Shown here piece after piece: positions 25,371-38,583 of a DNA stretch of 64,000 nucleotides. Below the pieces are notes generated by a model. It searched no databases. It saw only the letters and a list, made by a program, of their open reading frames with translations, and was not told the origin of the DNA. How positions within the stretch are numbered: position 1 is the first letter of the stretch; each line of letters begins with the position of its first letter. Origin of the DNA: Phaeosaccion multiseriatum (Eukaryota; Protista; Ochrophyta, other classes); contig OZ218961.1 of NCBI GenBank assembly GCA_965112735.1, positions 1,302,001 to 1,366,000 on the forward strand, given 5' to 3'. The translations under genes were made by a program, and so were the position numbers.

Positions 25371-28300
25371 CTAGAATGATGCCTGCTGCTCGCTTTGTTT
25401 CGCCCTCAGCTGGTGCATATCCCTCCTGCCTCCTTTGCTGCCTCCGCCCCTTCCCCACCGTATTCCCTGGCTGCCACTCGCGTCTGCCGTCGTGGTGGAG
25501 GCAACGTGGTCCTCCAGAGAAACCAGCCTCGCCATTGAAAGAGTCTCTCTGTCATCCTGCTGAGTCATGGTTGGTGGCCGCCCGTGCGGAGCAGGAGGGG
25601 GGGGGGGGGGCACAGCAGCTGCTGCAGGCCTCCTGCTGGCGGGTAGCTGTGGTGGACACGATACTCACTCACTCCCTCACTCACTCACTCACTCACTCAC
25701 TCACTCACTCACTCACTCACTCACTCACTCACTCACTCACTCGCCCCTTCACTCACTCACTCACTCCACTCACTCCACTCACTTTACTCACTCACTCACG
25801 CACTCACTTACTGACTCACGCACTCACTCACTCACTCACTCACTTACATACTGACTCACGTACTTACTGACTCACTCACTCACTCACCCACTCACTCACT
25901 CACTCACTCACTCACTCACTCACTCACTCACTCACTCACTCACTCACTCACTCACTACCTCACTCACTCAGTCAGTCCCTCACGCACTCACCCACTCACT
26001 CACTCACTCACTCACTCCCTCACTCACTCACGCACTCACTGACGCACGCACGCACTCACATACGCACGCACCGGCGTCTCCAGCTCGAGGGGAGTGGTGG
26101 GGTGCTGCTGGAAGAAGGAGAAGGCGGCGAGGATGTCGCTCATCAACATTTCCGCCAAGTCACGCGAGAAGTTCGCCTTCACCACCACCCGCATGATGGC
26201 CTGGGGGGAGGAGGGGGATGAATGGGTATGAGTGAGTGAGGAGAGGCAGCCAGAGGGGGGGAGGGAGGGAGAGAGGGAGGGAGGGAGAGAGGGACAGGGA
26301 GGGAAGGAGTGAGGGAAGGAGGGAGGGAGAGGGGACGACGAAGAGAGGGACAAAGAGAGGGAGAGGAGGAGAGGGAAGGAGGGAAGGAGAGAAGGTCAGT
26401 TGCGTCAGGGTGCTGGATGAAAATAGAGCACTCATGGCACGAAGCTCTGAGCATCATGACCGGCTCATGCGCTGTGGAGAGTCCTCTTGCGCCTTCGCCC
26501 ACCCTCTCATCCACACCCAGACGCGCACCCACGCCCTCACGCACCCACGCACCCACGCACGCACACGCTCCCACACACACGCCCATACGCACTCACGCAC
26601 TCACGCACTCACGCACCCACGCACGCACACACGCACACGCACTCACCCACTCACGCACACACCCACGCACCCACGCACCCACGCACCCACGCACCCACGC
26701 ACCCACGCACTCACTCAGTCACGCACCCACACACCCTCGCACAAACACACACCATGTCAGTGGCGCCCTGTGGGCACGTGTAGGCCGGAACTATCCAGCC
26801 CTTGTTGCGAAGCTTGTCCTGGAGGTCGAATACGCTGCAGTTGGCGCCAGCGGTGAGACTCCACGCCACCACGGGGATGTGCGCCTTGTCCACGATGGTC
26901 ACCATGCCCTGAGGGGTAAGAGGGAGGGAGGGGGTGTTTCCCATCCAGTACTTATGTTGTAAGTCAGGCCATCCAATGCCATCCTTTGAAGTGAGTGTTT
27001 GTGTGCTCACCGTCTTGACGAGCGACGAGCGCAAGAACTCGGCATTCTCCTGAGTGCGGCGCGTCGCAGCGGCGGGCAAGGGGAGAGGAGCGTGAAGGGA
27101 GGGAAACGTCGTGGGTGAGAAGCAAGTGGAGGGGCGGTGGGCAACAAAGAGGAGGGGCAAAGGCATGATTGGAGCTGCTCACTCACTCACACACTCAATC
27201 GCTCATCACTCGCTCAATCACTCGCTCAATCACTCACGCATGCACTCACTCACTCACTCACTCACTCACTCACTCACTCACTCACTCACCCACTCACCCA
27301 CTCACCCAGTCACCCAGTCACCCAGTCACCCACTCACACTCACTCACTTACTCACTCACTCACTCACCCACTCACTCACTATCTCACTCACTATCTCACT
27401 CACTATCTCACTCACCCACTCACCCACTCACCAACTCACTCACTATCTCACTCACTCACCCAGTCACTCACTATCTCACTCACTCACTCACTATCTCACT
27501 CACCCACCCACTCACCCACCCACCCACTCACCATACAGTTACGCTGATCACATCACGAGAAGAAGAACAGAAGAGCCCCGCCACCGGTAGCGAGAGAAGC
27601 GACAGACAGAGGGAGAGTAACAAGGGGCCGGTGAAGGTGCGACACAAGTGAACAGGAATGGTCTGGAGGGATTGACCGACCTCCACTGAAAGTCAGGCAA
27701 GAAGGAGCCTTCACCTCCACTCGCTTGAGCTGAAAATGCCACCAAAGCAGCTCAGTTAAGCGAAGAGAAAGAGAGAGAGTGGAGGCGCTGTGAGGTGCGT
27801 GAAACTGTATGCCATGCAGATTGCTGTTGGCCCTGGCACAAGCAGGTCGGTTTCTGTAGTCGTACTGGGCAGTCGTGTACGGGTAGTGGCCGTCGCCACC
27901 ACAGACGGCAAGTAGACTGCACCTGAAAATACCCGGACTTGCCCAAGCTTGTCATGGAAGTCGACGCAGTGCAGCACAGATATAGCACAGCACAGCAGTT
28001 GGTGATACAGCACGGAGGGACAGGTATGTAGGGCCGCAGAGCAAGAGACGAAAACCACACGCAACAAACGCGTAGAGAGGGGGGAAGATAAGGGGGAAAG
28101 CTTCGAGTGGGGTCCGAGGACCATCGTGCGTCACAGGACCTCGGCTCGGAAACTGCAACTCGCCACTTCCATCCAGTGCCATCCAGCGTTGCCCTCTGAC
28201 ACTCCGTACTGACTGACCGACTCTTTGGTATTCAGTAATTCACTCGCTTACTGGCTCACGCACTCCCTCAGTCAGTGAGTCATTCAGTCCGTCACTGACT

Positions 28301-28385
28301 TACCAGATGAAGTTATAGTACTGTGCGACGATGTTGCCGGAGCTTTTAGAGAAATTGAGCGTGAAGGACGCCTGGTCACCTCCCA
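25371..28385 (-). pseudogene. GAD: Glutamate decarboxylase 3' exons, copy A (5'-truncated)
   Basis: Exons: 28304-28385 GGDQASFTLNFSKSSGNIVAQYYNFI; LGKSGYFQ; 27011-27049 ENAEFLRSSLVKT; 26753-26908 ...FDLQDKLRNKGWIVPAY; 26072-26200 IMRVVVKANFSRDLAEMLMSDI. No PLP-lysine (SGHK) region found upstream. Confidence 0.85.
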
Positions 28386-29347
28386 CTGCCAAGGGGTGGG
28401 GAGGGACAGATGGCAGTAGATGGGCTGATAGAAGGAGGGTGATGTGCACAGAGAGCATAGAGAGCAGATGAGAGGAGATGAGACGACATGCACATACCCC
28501 ACCCACCCACGCACCGACCCACTCGAACCAAAACCAACCCAACATTTGCAAAGTGCTTCCACCCTTGTTGGCTGCTTGCTGGCTCCACTCTTCCGTCCCC
28601 AGCCAGGGCCCCCGCCAGCCTCCCAGCCAACCTCACCCGCAGGTACTCCTCTCCCCCTCCTTCCTACTTGTTTCTTTGTGTCCTCCTGTCGTACCTCTTG
28701 AGCTGGCGGCCGTGAGGCGACTTGCTGTCGTTGTACCTCGCTCCGAGCAAGGTGCCACGGAAGACTGGTTTCTTGTCCTCTTCCTCCTCCTCCTCCTCCT
28801 CCTCCTCCTCCTCCTCCTCCTCCTCCTCCTCCTCCTCCTCCTCCTCCTCCTCCTCCTCCGCTGGAGCCTCTGCTGCTGCTGGCTGCTGCTCAGGTGGCTT
28901 TGCATCACTCCCGCTGCTACATCGCCTCCGGGGAGAGGCCGGCGAGAGTGACCGCTTGCGAAGAGGCTGCTGCTGCTAACGGAGCTGCTGCCTCGGCTTT
29001 CCCTGTTGTCGTCCCTGTCAGGCTCAGACTCTCTGGACCAAGGGGAGGAGGTCTGCGGGAACCCATGATGTGTGCCTGTTGGTTCTTTCCAAGACCCCAC
29101 CCCAACCTCAGCAGCTTTTCTTTACTTTTGGGAGGCGGCGAAATCGTAAGTCAAGGAAGGCGTGGAGGCCGGCCCTTCCCCCCAAAGCTATTTCCCCATC
29201 CTCCTTCCCCCGTCATTGTGAGCACACGGCGGACAACCTCCCTTCCAACCCCTCGCCCTACCTGCCCCGCTCTCTGCTTGTTTGGGTGAGTTTTCCGTCG
29301 AGAGAGGAGTTTATTCGGTGAGTAGGCGGAGAGAGAAGAAGAAAGAA

Positions 29348-31277
29348 ATGGAGGAGGGAGCAGAAGAGAACACCTTCCCATCTGGTGCTTCAAAGCGGCG
29401 CTCAGAAGGTCCCAATGACTGGGATGGAGTGAAGGTGCTGACTCTCTTGGCTGCCAATGTGGGCTCCCGCAAGAGTCTGTGGGGCCTGTGCAGAGAGGTG
29501 GATGCAGTAGCGGGGAGGCGACTTGTTCTACACAAAGACGTACCGAAAGCTGTGCAGGAGAGAATGCTACAGATGCTCGAGCATCGGCAACGGTTTGAGC
29601 TCGCGCAATCGGAAGAAGGGGCATCATCTGCTCCTGACGAGGGGCAGAGCCAAGGCCTCCAGGAGGAACAGCAGGAGGGAGGAGGTAACATCCGCCAGAG
29701 GAAATGGTTTCGGGTCATCGCTGTGAGCCTGGGTCTTTCCAGTGGGTATTTTTTCCAGGCCATCTGATGAAGCGAAGAAGCCGGACATTGCCCTAGTTCA
29801 GGAAGGGCTGAGAGTGCTCCCTCCCTCGGTGAAGCGCGTTCGCTTGGGAGATGATTTCAACTGTCGTGGCCTGCGTCTTCCTGACTGGCTGGAGAGTGTA
29901 CATTTTGGGAGAGATTTTTCCGAAGAGGTCAAACTTCCGCACGCCTTGAGAGAATTGAGCTTTGATCCTCAGTCCGAATACAATCGTCCTTTGGATCTCC
30001 CCCCATCGCTGCAGAAGGTATCGTTTGGGTGGAAGTACACACAGCAGACAGATTTCAGTCTGCTGGACGGGCTTACGGAGCTGAAATTTTCCGATGGGTC
30101 GAGGTTTAATCATCCGTTCACCCTGCCTGCCTCTCTTCGGACTCTGCACCTGGGACGGTACTACACGCTGCCCCTATCGGATCTGCCGGACGGGCTGGAG
30201 GAGCTGAAATTTGACTATGGCTCGAGGTTTAATCATCCGTTAACCCTGCCTGCCTCTCTTCGGACTCTGCAGCTGGGGTGGAAGTACACTCAGCCGCTAC
30301 CGGATCTGCCGGACGGGCTCAAGGAGCTGAGATTTGCCTATGACTCGACGTTTAATCATCCGTTGATTCTGCCTGCCTCTCTTCGGACTCTGCAGCTGGG
30401 GAAGATTTATAACCAGCCCCTATCGGATCTGCCGGACGGGCTGGAGGAGCTGAAATTTTCCGGTGGGTCGAGGTTTAATCAACCGTTAACCCTGCCTGCC
30501 TCTCTTCGGACTCTGGAGCTGGGAATGCAGTATAACGAGCCCCTATCGGATCTGCCGGACGGGCTGGAGGAGCTGAAATTTTCCGGTGGGTCGAGGTTTA
30601 ATCATCCGTTAACCCTGCCTGCCTCTGTTCGGACTCTGCAGCTGGGAAAGGAGTATGACCAGCCCCTATCGGATCTGCCGGACGGGCTGGAGGAGCTGAG
30701 ATTTGCCGAGGAGTCCAGCTTCAATCATCCGTTGATTCTGCCTGCCTCTCTTCGGACTCTGCAGCTGGGAAAGATTTATAACCAGCCCCTATCGGATCTG
30801 CCGGACGGGCTGGAGGAGCTGAGATTTGACTTTGGCTCGAGGTTTGATCATCCGTTGATCCTGCCTGCCTCTCTTCGGACTCTGCACCTGGGATGGGAGT
30901 GTAACCAGCCCCTATCGGATCTGCCGAACGGGCTGGAGGAGCTGAGATTTGGCTATGGCTCGAGGTTTGATCATCCGTTGATTCTGCCTGCCTCTCTTCG
31001 GACTCTGCAGCTGGGATGGCAGTATAACCAGCCCCTATCGGATCTGCCGGACGGGCTGGAGAAGCTGGACTTTTCCTATTCCCCGAAGTTTAATCATCCG
31101 TTAACCCTGCCTGCCTCTCTTCGGACTCTGGAGCTGGGAAGGGGGTTTCACCAGCCCCGATTGGATCTGCCTGCAGGTCTGGAGCGACTCAGGGTTTGGG
31201 AGGGATACGAGCTCCCTGCCCAGCTGCCCGAGGGCCTTCAAGTGGAGGTCCACGAAAACTCGGATTCGAGGAGATGA
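29348..31277 (+). CDS. F-box-like + FNIP-repeat protein, copy 1 (apparent +1 frameshift in the T6 run near 29749-29754)
   Basis: N-terminal ORF from ATG 29348 matches copy 2 and continues in another frame from ~29755. ~44-aa repeats of the type LPASLRTLxLGxxYNQPLSDLPDGLEELxFxxxSxFNHPL. Intronless. Confidence 0.8.
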
Positions 31278-32967
31278 GGTGTAGCCCAGCTACGGTGTCA
31301 AGGAGTGGTCGCACTGTATGGACGGACCGGCGCTTTGGCGGGATTGGCGGAGTCTTGATGGATGGGTGTGACGAGCCCTCTGGGATCTGAAGATTTGGAG
31401 CGACGCAGAAGCGCCCTGGGCTGTCGCTGTGGCGTCCGAAAAGAAACGGCCCAAAAAGGCGGTCATACAATGGTTACAGATTTGAGACAGCAAGTAACAC
31501 ACGCTACACATATATAGCGTTATCGGCGGGGCTCGCAGTGAGAGATAAGAGGAGAGTCTGATCTAGCCACCTCCCATTGCAAATTCAAGTGAAGCTTGTG
31601 TGAAAAAGAGACTGGGGATATATGTGTATATATGTGCGTCAAGTCTACGACTAGAGTTCAAAGCATTCGAAATTACAAAAGCGAAGGCAGCCAGGCCGTG
31701 CTTGCTCTGTTCGCTGCTCCCCCCTTCCTTGGCTTGTTGCCATTCCTCCCATTACCCATCCCTGTCCAGCTCAGCCTTCAGACTGGCTGGCTGCTCCTCG
31801 CCGGACTGTTTCTCACTGGACTACTCCTGTTAGGGCAGAAGTGAGGGCCCCACTCTCCCACTCACTCCTGCACTCACACACCGCCACCGCCACACACCCG
31901 CCGAATCCAGTCAATAGTCCCATACTCGCATACTCCCTCACTCCCTCCCGCCCTTGAAGAAATAGTCTCTCGCCTCGCCTCTGCTCCTTCCCCCCTCTCG
32001 CACCTTCAGCGCACTCGGGTCTCTGGCTCCTACTGGCGACAGCTCCTCACTACTGCCGCTATTACTCCACTGCTTCTGCTGCTGCCGAGGCTCCCTCTTA
32101 ACCCATACACCTACAGCTGCCCCATATACCTGTCTACGGCTGCCCCCCCTCCCTCCACCACTTAGCACACCCGGTTGGTCTTCTCTCCGCTGAGGCGGTG
32201 CGTTGCGTCCGATCCAAGTGAGTGGAGCCGCCCAAGGTCCTTGCTCGCGGCGGCGGCGCCCGTCTCCTGCACCCCCTTGGGTTTCTTCCTCGCCTGCCAA
32301 TGGGGGTGGTATTGTCGGTGGAAAGTGTGTTTGTGTGTGTGTGTGAGGGAGAGAGAGAGAGGCAGAGAGAGTGTGAGGGAGAGTGCGTGTCAATGGCTCT
32401 GTCTGTGTGCCGTTGTGTGTGCGCTACTGAAGGAGGGGGGGGGAAGGTGGTACAGGGTAGTGTAGAAGCTCACTCACTCACTCACTCACGCACGCACGCA
32501 CGCACGCACGCACTCACGCACGCACTCACTCACTCACTCACTCACTCACGCACTCACTCACTTACTCACTCACTCACTCACTAACTCACTTACTCACTCA
32601 CTCACTCACTCACTCCCTCATTCACTCACTCACTCACTCACTCACTCACTCACTCACTAACTCACTCACTCACCCACTCCCTCACTCACTCACTCACTCA
32701 CGCACTCACTTACTGACTCACGCACTCACTCACTCACTCACTCACTCACCCAGTTACTTACTGACTCACTCACTCACTTACTGACTCACTCCCTCACTCA
32801 CGCACTCACATGCGCACACACGCACACATGCACGCGCCCTCGCACGCACGCACGCACGTATACACACAAGCACGCACACACACACACACGCACTCACGGA
32901 CGTACACACACACGCACGTACACACGCACTCACTCACGCACGCACACGCACTCACTCACGCACGCAC

Positions 32968-35468
32968 CGGCGTCTCCAGCTCGAGGGGAGTGGTGGGGTG
33001 CTGCTGGAAGAAGGAGAAGGCGGCGAGGATGTCGCTCATCAACACTTCCGCCAAGTCACGCGAGAAGTTCTCCTTCACCACCACCCGCATGATGGCCTGG
33101 GGGGAGGAGGGGGGTGAATGGGTATGAGTGAGTGAGGAGAGGCAGCGAGAGGGAGGGAGGGAGGGAGGGAGGGAGGGAGGGAGGGAGGGAGGGAGGGAGG
33201 GAGGGAGGGAGGGAGGGAGGGAGGGAGGGAGGGAGGGAGGGAGGGAGGGAGGGAGGGAGGGAGGGAGGAAGGGAGGGAGGGAGGGAGGGAGGGAGGAGAG
33301 AGGGACAGGGAGGGAAGGAGTGAGAGAAGGAGGGAGGGAGAGGAGGCGACGAAGAGAGGGACAAAGAGAGGGAAAAGGGAGGGAAGGAAGGAGTGAAGGT
33401 CAGTTGCGCCAGGGTGCTGGATGAAAGTAGAGCACTCATGGCACGAAGCTCTGAGCATCATGACCGGCTCATGCCATGCCCTGTGGAGAGTCCTCTTGCG
33501 CCTTCGCCCACCCTCTCATCCACACCCAGACGCGCACCCACGCACCCACGCACGCACCCACGCACCCACACACCCACGCACGCACCCACGCACCCACGCA
33601 CCCACGCTCTCACGCACCCACGCACCCACGCTCTCACGCACCCACGCACCCACGCACCCACACACCCACGCACGCACCCACGCACAAACACACACCCTCG
33701 CACAAACACACACACCATGTCAGTGGCGCCCTGTGGGCACGTGTAGGCCGGAACTATCCAGCCCTTGTTGCGAAGCTTGTCCTGGAGGTCGAATACGCTG
33801 CAGTTGGCGCCAGTGGTGAGACTCCACGCCACCACGGGGATGTGCGCCTTGTCCACGATGGTCACCATGCCCTGAGGGGTAAGAGGGAGGGAGGGATGGA
33901 GGGAGGGGGTGTTTCCCATCCAGTACTTATGTTGTAAGTCAGGCCATCCAATGCCATCCTTTGAAGTAAGTGTTTGTGTGCTCACCGTCTTGACGAGCGC
34001 AAGAACTCGGCATTCTCCTGAGTGCGGCGCGTCGCAGCGGCGGGCAAGGGGAGAGGAGCGTGAAGGGAGGGAAATGTCGTGGGTGAGAAGCCAGTGGGGG
34101 GGGGGGTTGGCCAACAAAGAGGAGGGGCAAAGGCATGATTGGAGCTGCTCACTCACTCACACACTCAATCGCTCATCACTCGCTCAACCCTCGCTCAATC
34201 CCTCACGCATGCACTCACTCACTCACTCACTCACTCACCCACTCACCCACTCACCCACTCACCCACTCACCCACTCACCCACTCACTCACTCACACTCAC
34301 TCACTTAATCACTCACTCACTCACCCACTCACTCACCCACTCACCCACTATCTCACTCACTATCTCACTCACCCACTCACCCACTCACCCAGTCACTCAC
34401 TGTCTCACTCACACACCCGCTCACCCACTCACACAGTCACTCACTATCTCACTCACACACTCAACCACCCACCCACTCACCATACAGTACGCTGATCACA
34501 TCACGAGAAGAAGAACAGAAGAGCCCCGCCACCGGTAGCGAGAGAAGCGAGAGAAAGAGGGAGAGCAATAAGGGACCGGTGAAGGTGCGACACAAGTGAA
34601 CAGGAGGGAGGGGCGGTGAGCGACGGGAATGGTCAGGAGGGATTGACCGACCTCCCCGAAAGTCAGGCAAGAAGGAGCCTTCATCTCCACTGAAAATGCC
34701 ACCAAAGCAGCTCAGTTAAGGAAGAGAGAGAGAGAGAGAGGAGCTGTGAGGTGCGTGAAACTGTATGCTATGCAGATTGCTGTTGGCCCTGGCACAAGCA
34801 GGTCGATTTCTAGTAGTCGTACTGGCAGTCGTGTACGGGTAGTGGCCGTCGCCACCACAGACGGCAAAGTTGCCTGCACCGTTGTAGTCTTAATTACATC
34901 TCGACAGCACAAGAAAGGACGCAAGTAAGCAAGAAAGTGGTGAGTGGTGTCAGGACGCACCATGACTTGGAAATACCCGGACTTGCCCAAGCTTGTCATT
35001 GAAGTCGACGCAGTGCAGCACAGCACAGCACAGCACAGCAGTTGGTGATACATCACGGAGGGACAGGTATGTAGGGCCGCAGAGCAAGAGACGAAACGCA
35101 CACGCAACAAACGCGTAGAGAGGGAGACAGAGAGAGAGGGGGGAAGATAAGGGGAAAAGCTTCGAGTGGGGTCCGAGGACCATCGCGCTTCACAGGACCT
35201 CGGCTCGGAAACTGCAACTCACCACTTCCATCCAGTGCCATCCAGCGTTGCCCTGTGACACTCCGTACTGACTGACCGACTCTTTGGTACTCAGGAATTC
35301 ACTCGCTTACTCGCTCACGCACTCCCCCAGTCAGTGAGTCAGTCAGTGAGTCAGTCAGTGAGTCATTCAGTCCGTCACTGACTTACCGGATGAAGTTGTA
35401 GTACTGTGCGAAGATGTTGCCGGAGCTTTTAGAGAAATTGAGCGTGAGGGACGCCTGGTCACCTCTCA
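32968..35468 (-). pseudogene. GAD: Glutamate decarboxylase 3' exons, copy B
   Basis: Same exons as copy A. A 7-nt deletion in the ENAEFL exon (~33990) shifts the frame. Confidence 0.85.
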
Positions 35469-36864
35469 CTGGGACAGATGGCAGTAGATGGGCGGATAGA
35501 AAGATGGTGATGTACACAGAGAGCATTCATAGAGAGCACAGGGAGAGACAGGACAGATGAGAGGAGATGAGACGACATGCACATACCCCACCCACCCACG
35601 CACCGACGCACTCGCCCACCCACCCGCCGACCCACCAAACCAACCCAACATTTGCAACGACCTTGCTGGCCTCCACAAGATTGAAGTCGTTCGGGGTGGT
35701 AGAGAGACTTGCAAATGAGCATGTTAAGGTGTAGCACATGGGCCTTGAGGAGATGCCCACTTTCGTCCTTGGAGGACTCTGGAAGGCCTCCCAGAACCTC
35801 TGTGATCACTAACCTAGTGATGCATGCCCCCAAGGAGAGAGAGGGAGGGAGGGGAGTTGATAATAGAGCAAATGCCATGGTAGATAGAGGGTGACGGTAG
35901 ACTCAAAGGGGCTGTGCACCACGTGAGCGACACACAGAAGCACCACCCTGCAGGGGACACAGCCAGGTACACACACATGCACGCCCGTACGCACACACGC
36001 TTTCGCACCTGCAGCTGCTCCATAACAAGCGGGTCGTGCCTGAGCTTCTCCCTCTCTCGCTTGCAGTACGGGTGGTCAAAGGCGACATTGCCTTCGTCTC
36101 GAAGGCCTGTGCGAGGAGATGAAGAAGAGAAGATGTGCAGCAAGGAGGAAAGAGAAACGGAACCCTTGGCTGCTTGCCGGCTCCACTCTTCCGTCCCCAG
36201 CCAGGGCCCCAGCCAGCCTCCCAGCGAACCTCACACGCAGGTACTCCTCTCCCCCTCCTTCCTACTTGTTTCTTTGTGTCCTCCTGTCGTACCTCTTGAG
36301 CTGGCGGCCGTGAGGCGACTTGCTGTCGTTGTACCTCCCAGCAAGGTGACACGTTTCTCGTCCTCTTCCTCCTCCTCCTCCTCCTCCTCCTCCTCCGCTT
36401 GAGCCTCTGCTGCTGTGGCTGCTGCTCAGGTGGCTTTGCATCACTCCCGCTGCTGCATCGCCTCCGGGGAGAGGCCGGCGAGAGTGACCGCTTGCGAAGA
36501 GGCTGCTGCTGCTAACGGAGCTGCTGCCTCGGCTTTCCCTGTTGTCGTCCCTGTCAGGCTCAGACTCTCTGGACCAAGGGGAGGAGGTCTGCGGGAACCC
36601 ATGATGTGTGCCTGTTGGTTCTTTCCAAGACCCCACCCTATTACTTTTGGGAGGCGGCGAAATCGTAAGTCAAGGAAGGCGTGGAGGCCGGCCCTTCCCC
36701 CCAAAGCTATTTCCCCATCCTCCTTCCCCCGTCATTGTGAGCACACGGCGGACAACCTCCCTTCCAACCCCTCGCCCTACCTTCCCCGCTATCTGCTTGT
36801 TTGGGTGAGTTTTCCGTCGGCAGAGGAATTTATTCGGTAATAGGCGGAGAGAGAAGAAGAAAGA

Positions 36865-38583
36865 ATGGAGGGGGGAAAGAGACGAGCAGCAGCCGAGACC
36901 ACCATCGCATCTGGTGCTTCAAGGCGGCGCTCAGAAGGTCTCAATGACTGGGATGGAGTGAAGGTGCTGACCCTCATTTTTGCAAACATGGGCTCCACCA
37001 AGAGTCTGTGGGGCTTGTCCAGAGTGGTGGATGCAGTCGTGGGCAGGCGAGTTGTTCTACACTGCGATGTGCCTACAGCGGTCCAGCAGAGAATACTGAA
37101 GATGCTCGAGCACCAGCAGCGGCTTGAGCTTGAGCCATCTCGGGAAGGAGGAGCATCCTCTGCTCCTGACGAGGGGCAGAGCCAAGGCCTCCAGGAGCAG
37201 CAGCAGCGGGCCCAGCAGTGTGGAGAGGGAGGAGGAGAGATTCCCAACGAAAGGCATTTTCCGGTCAGCGCTGTCACGCTGGGCTTTGCAAAAGCGCGGC
37301 TCTTTTCATCTGGTGATACTCGGTTGGCGGACATTGCCCTTGTCCAGGAAGGGCTGAGAGTGCTCCCTCCCTCGGTGAAGCACGTTCGCTTGGGAGATGA
37401 TATCAACTGTCGTGGCCTGCGTCTTCCTGACTGGCTGGAGAGTGTACATTTTGGGTGGAATTTTTCGGAAGAGGTCAAACTTCCGCACGCCTTGAGAGAG
37501 TTGAGCTTTGATCCTATGAGCATGTACAATCATCCTTTGGACCTCCCCCCATCGCTGCAGAGGGTATCGTTTGGGTGTGAGTACACACAGCAGACAGATT
37601 TCAGTCTGCTGGACGGGCTTACGGAGCTGAAATTTTCCTATGGCTCGAAGTGTGATCATCCGTTAACCCTGCCTGCCTCTCTTCGGACTCTGGTGCTGGG
37701 AGGGGAGTATACCCAGCCCTTATCGGATCTGCCGGACGGGCTCAAGGAGCTGAGATTTGCCTGCTACTCGAAGTTTAGTCATCCGTTGATTCTCCCTGCC
37801 TCTCTTCGGACTCTGCAGCTGGGAAGGGAGTATCACCAGCCCCTATCGGATCTGCCGAACGGGCTGGAGGAGCTGAAATTTTGGCCTGGCTCGAAGTTTA
37901 ATCATCCGTTGATTCTACCTGCCTCTCTTCGGACTCTGCTGCTGGGATATAAGTATAACCAGCCCCTATCGGATCTGCCGGACGGGCTGAAGGAGCTGAG
38001 ATTTGCCGAGGAGTCCAGCTTCAATCATCCGTTCACCGTGCCTGCCTCTCTTCGGACTCTGGAGCTGGGAAACGAGTATAACCAGCCCCTATTGGATCTA
38101 CCGGACGGGCTCAAGGAGCTGAAATTTTTCTATTGCTCGGTGTTTAATCATCCGTTGATCCTGCCTGCCTCTCTTTGGACTCTGGAGCTGGGATATAAGT
38201 ATACCCAGCCCCTATCGGATCTGCCGGACGGGCTCAAGGAGCTGAGATTTTTCGAGTTCTCGGAGTTCAATCATCCGTTAACCCTGCCTGCCTCTCTTCG
38301 GACTCTGGAGCTGGGATATAAGTATAACCAGCCCCTATCGGATCTGCCGGACGGGCTGGAGGAGCTGAGATTTTTCGAGTTCTCGGAGTTCAATCATCCG
38401 TTAACCCTGCCTGCCTCTCTTCGGACTCTGCAGCTGGGAAAGGAGTTTCACCAGCCTCTATCGGATTTGCCTGCAGGTCTGAAGCGACTTGAGGTTTTCG
38501 AGGGAATCGAGCTCCCTGCCCAGCTGCCCGAGGGCCTTGAAGTGAGGAGCTGTAACGTGGATGAGGATTCTGATGATTATTGA
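36865..38583 (+). CDS. F-box-like + FNIP-repeat protein, copy 2 (intact, 572 aa)
   Basis: Uninterrupted ORF. VLTLIFANMGSTKSLWGLSRV is F-box-like and is followed by FNIP-type repeats. Confidence 0.88.
   Translation: MEGGKRRAAAETTIASGASRRRSEGLNDWDGVKVLTLIFANMGSTKSLWGLSRVVDAVVGRRVVLHCDVPTAVQQRILKMLEHQQRLELEPSREGGASSAPDEGQSQGLQEQQQRAQQCGEGGGEIPNERHFPVSAVTLGFAKARLFSSGDTRLADIALVQEGLRVLPPSVKHVRLGDDINCRGLRLPDWLESVHFGWNFSEEVKLPHALRELSFDPMSMYNHPLDLPPSLQRVSFGCEYTQQTDFSLLDGLTELKFSYGSKCDHPLTLPASLRTLVLGGEYTQPLSDLPDGLKELRFACYSKFSHPLILPASLRTLQLGREYHQPLSDLPNGLEELKFWPGSKFNHPLILPASLRTLLLGYKYNQPLSDLPDGLKELRFAEESSFNHPFTVPASLRTLELGNEYNQPLLDLPDGLKELKFFYCSVFNHPLILPASLWTLELGYKYTQPLSDLPDGLKELRFFEFSEFNHPLTLPASLRTLELGYKYNQPLSDLPDGLEELRFFEFSEFNHPLTLPASLRTLQLGKEFHQPLSDLPAGLKRLEVFEGIELPAQLPEGLEVRSCNVDEDSDDY

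Noticed and set aside
29990-38470. Diversity-generating retroelement acting on the FNIP repeats
   Set aside because: The position-1/2 variation is suggestive, but no reverse transcriptase or invariant template is visible and several changes are at non-A sites. Positive selection is sufficient.
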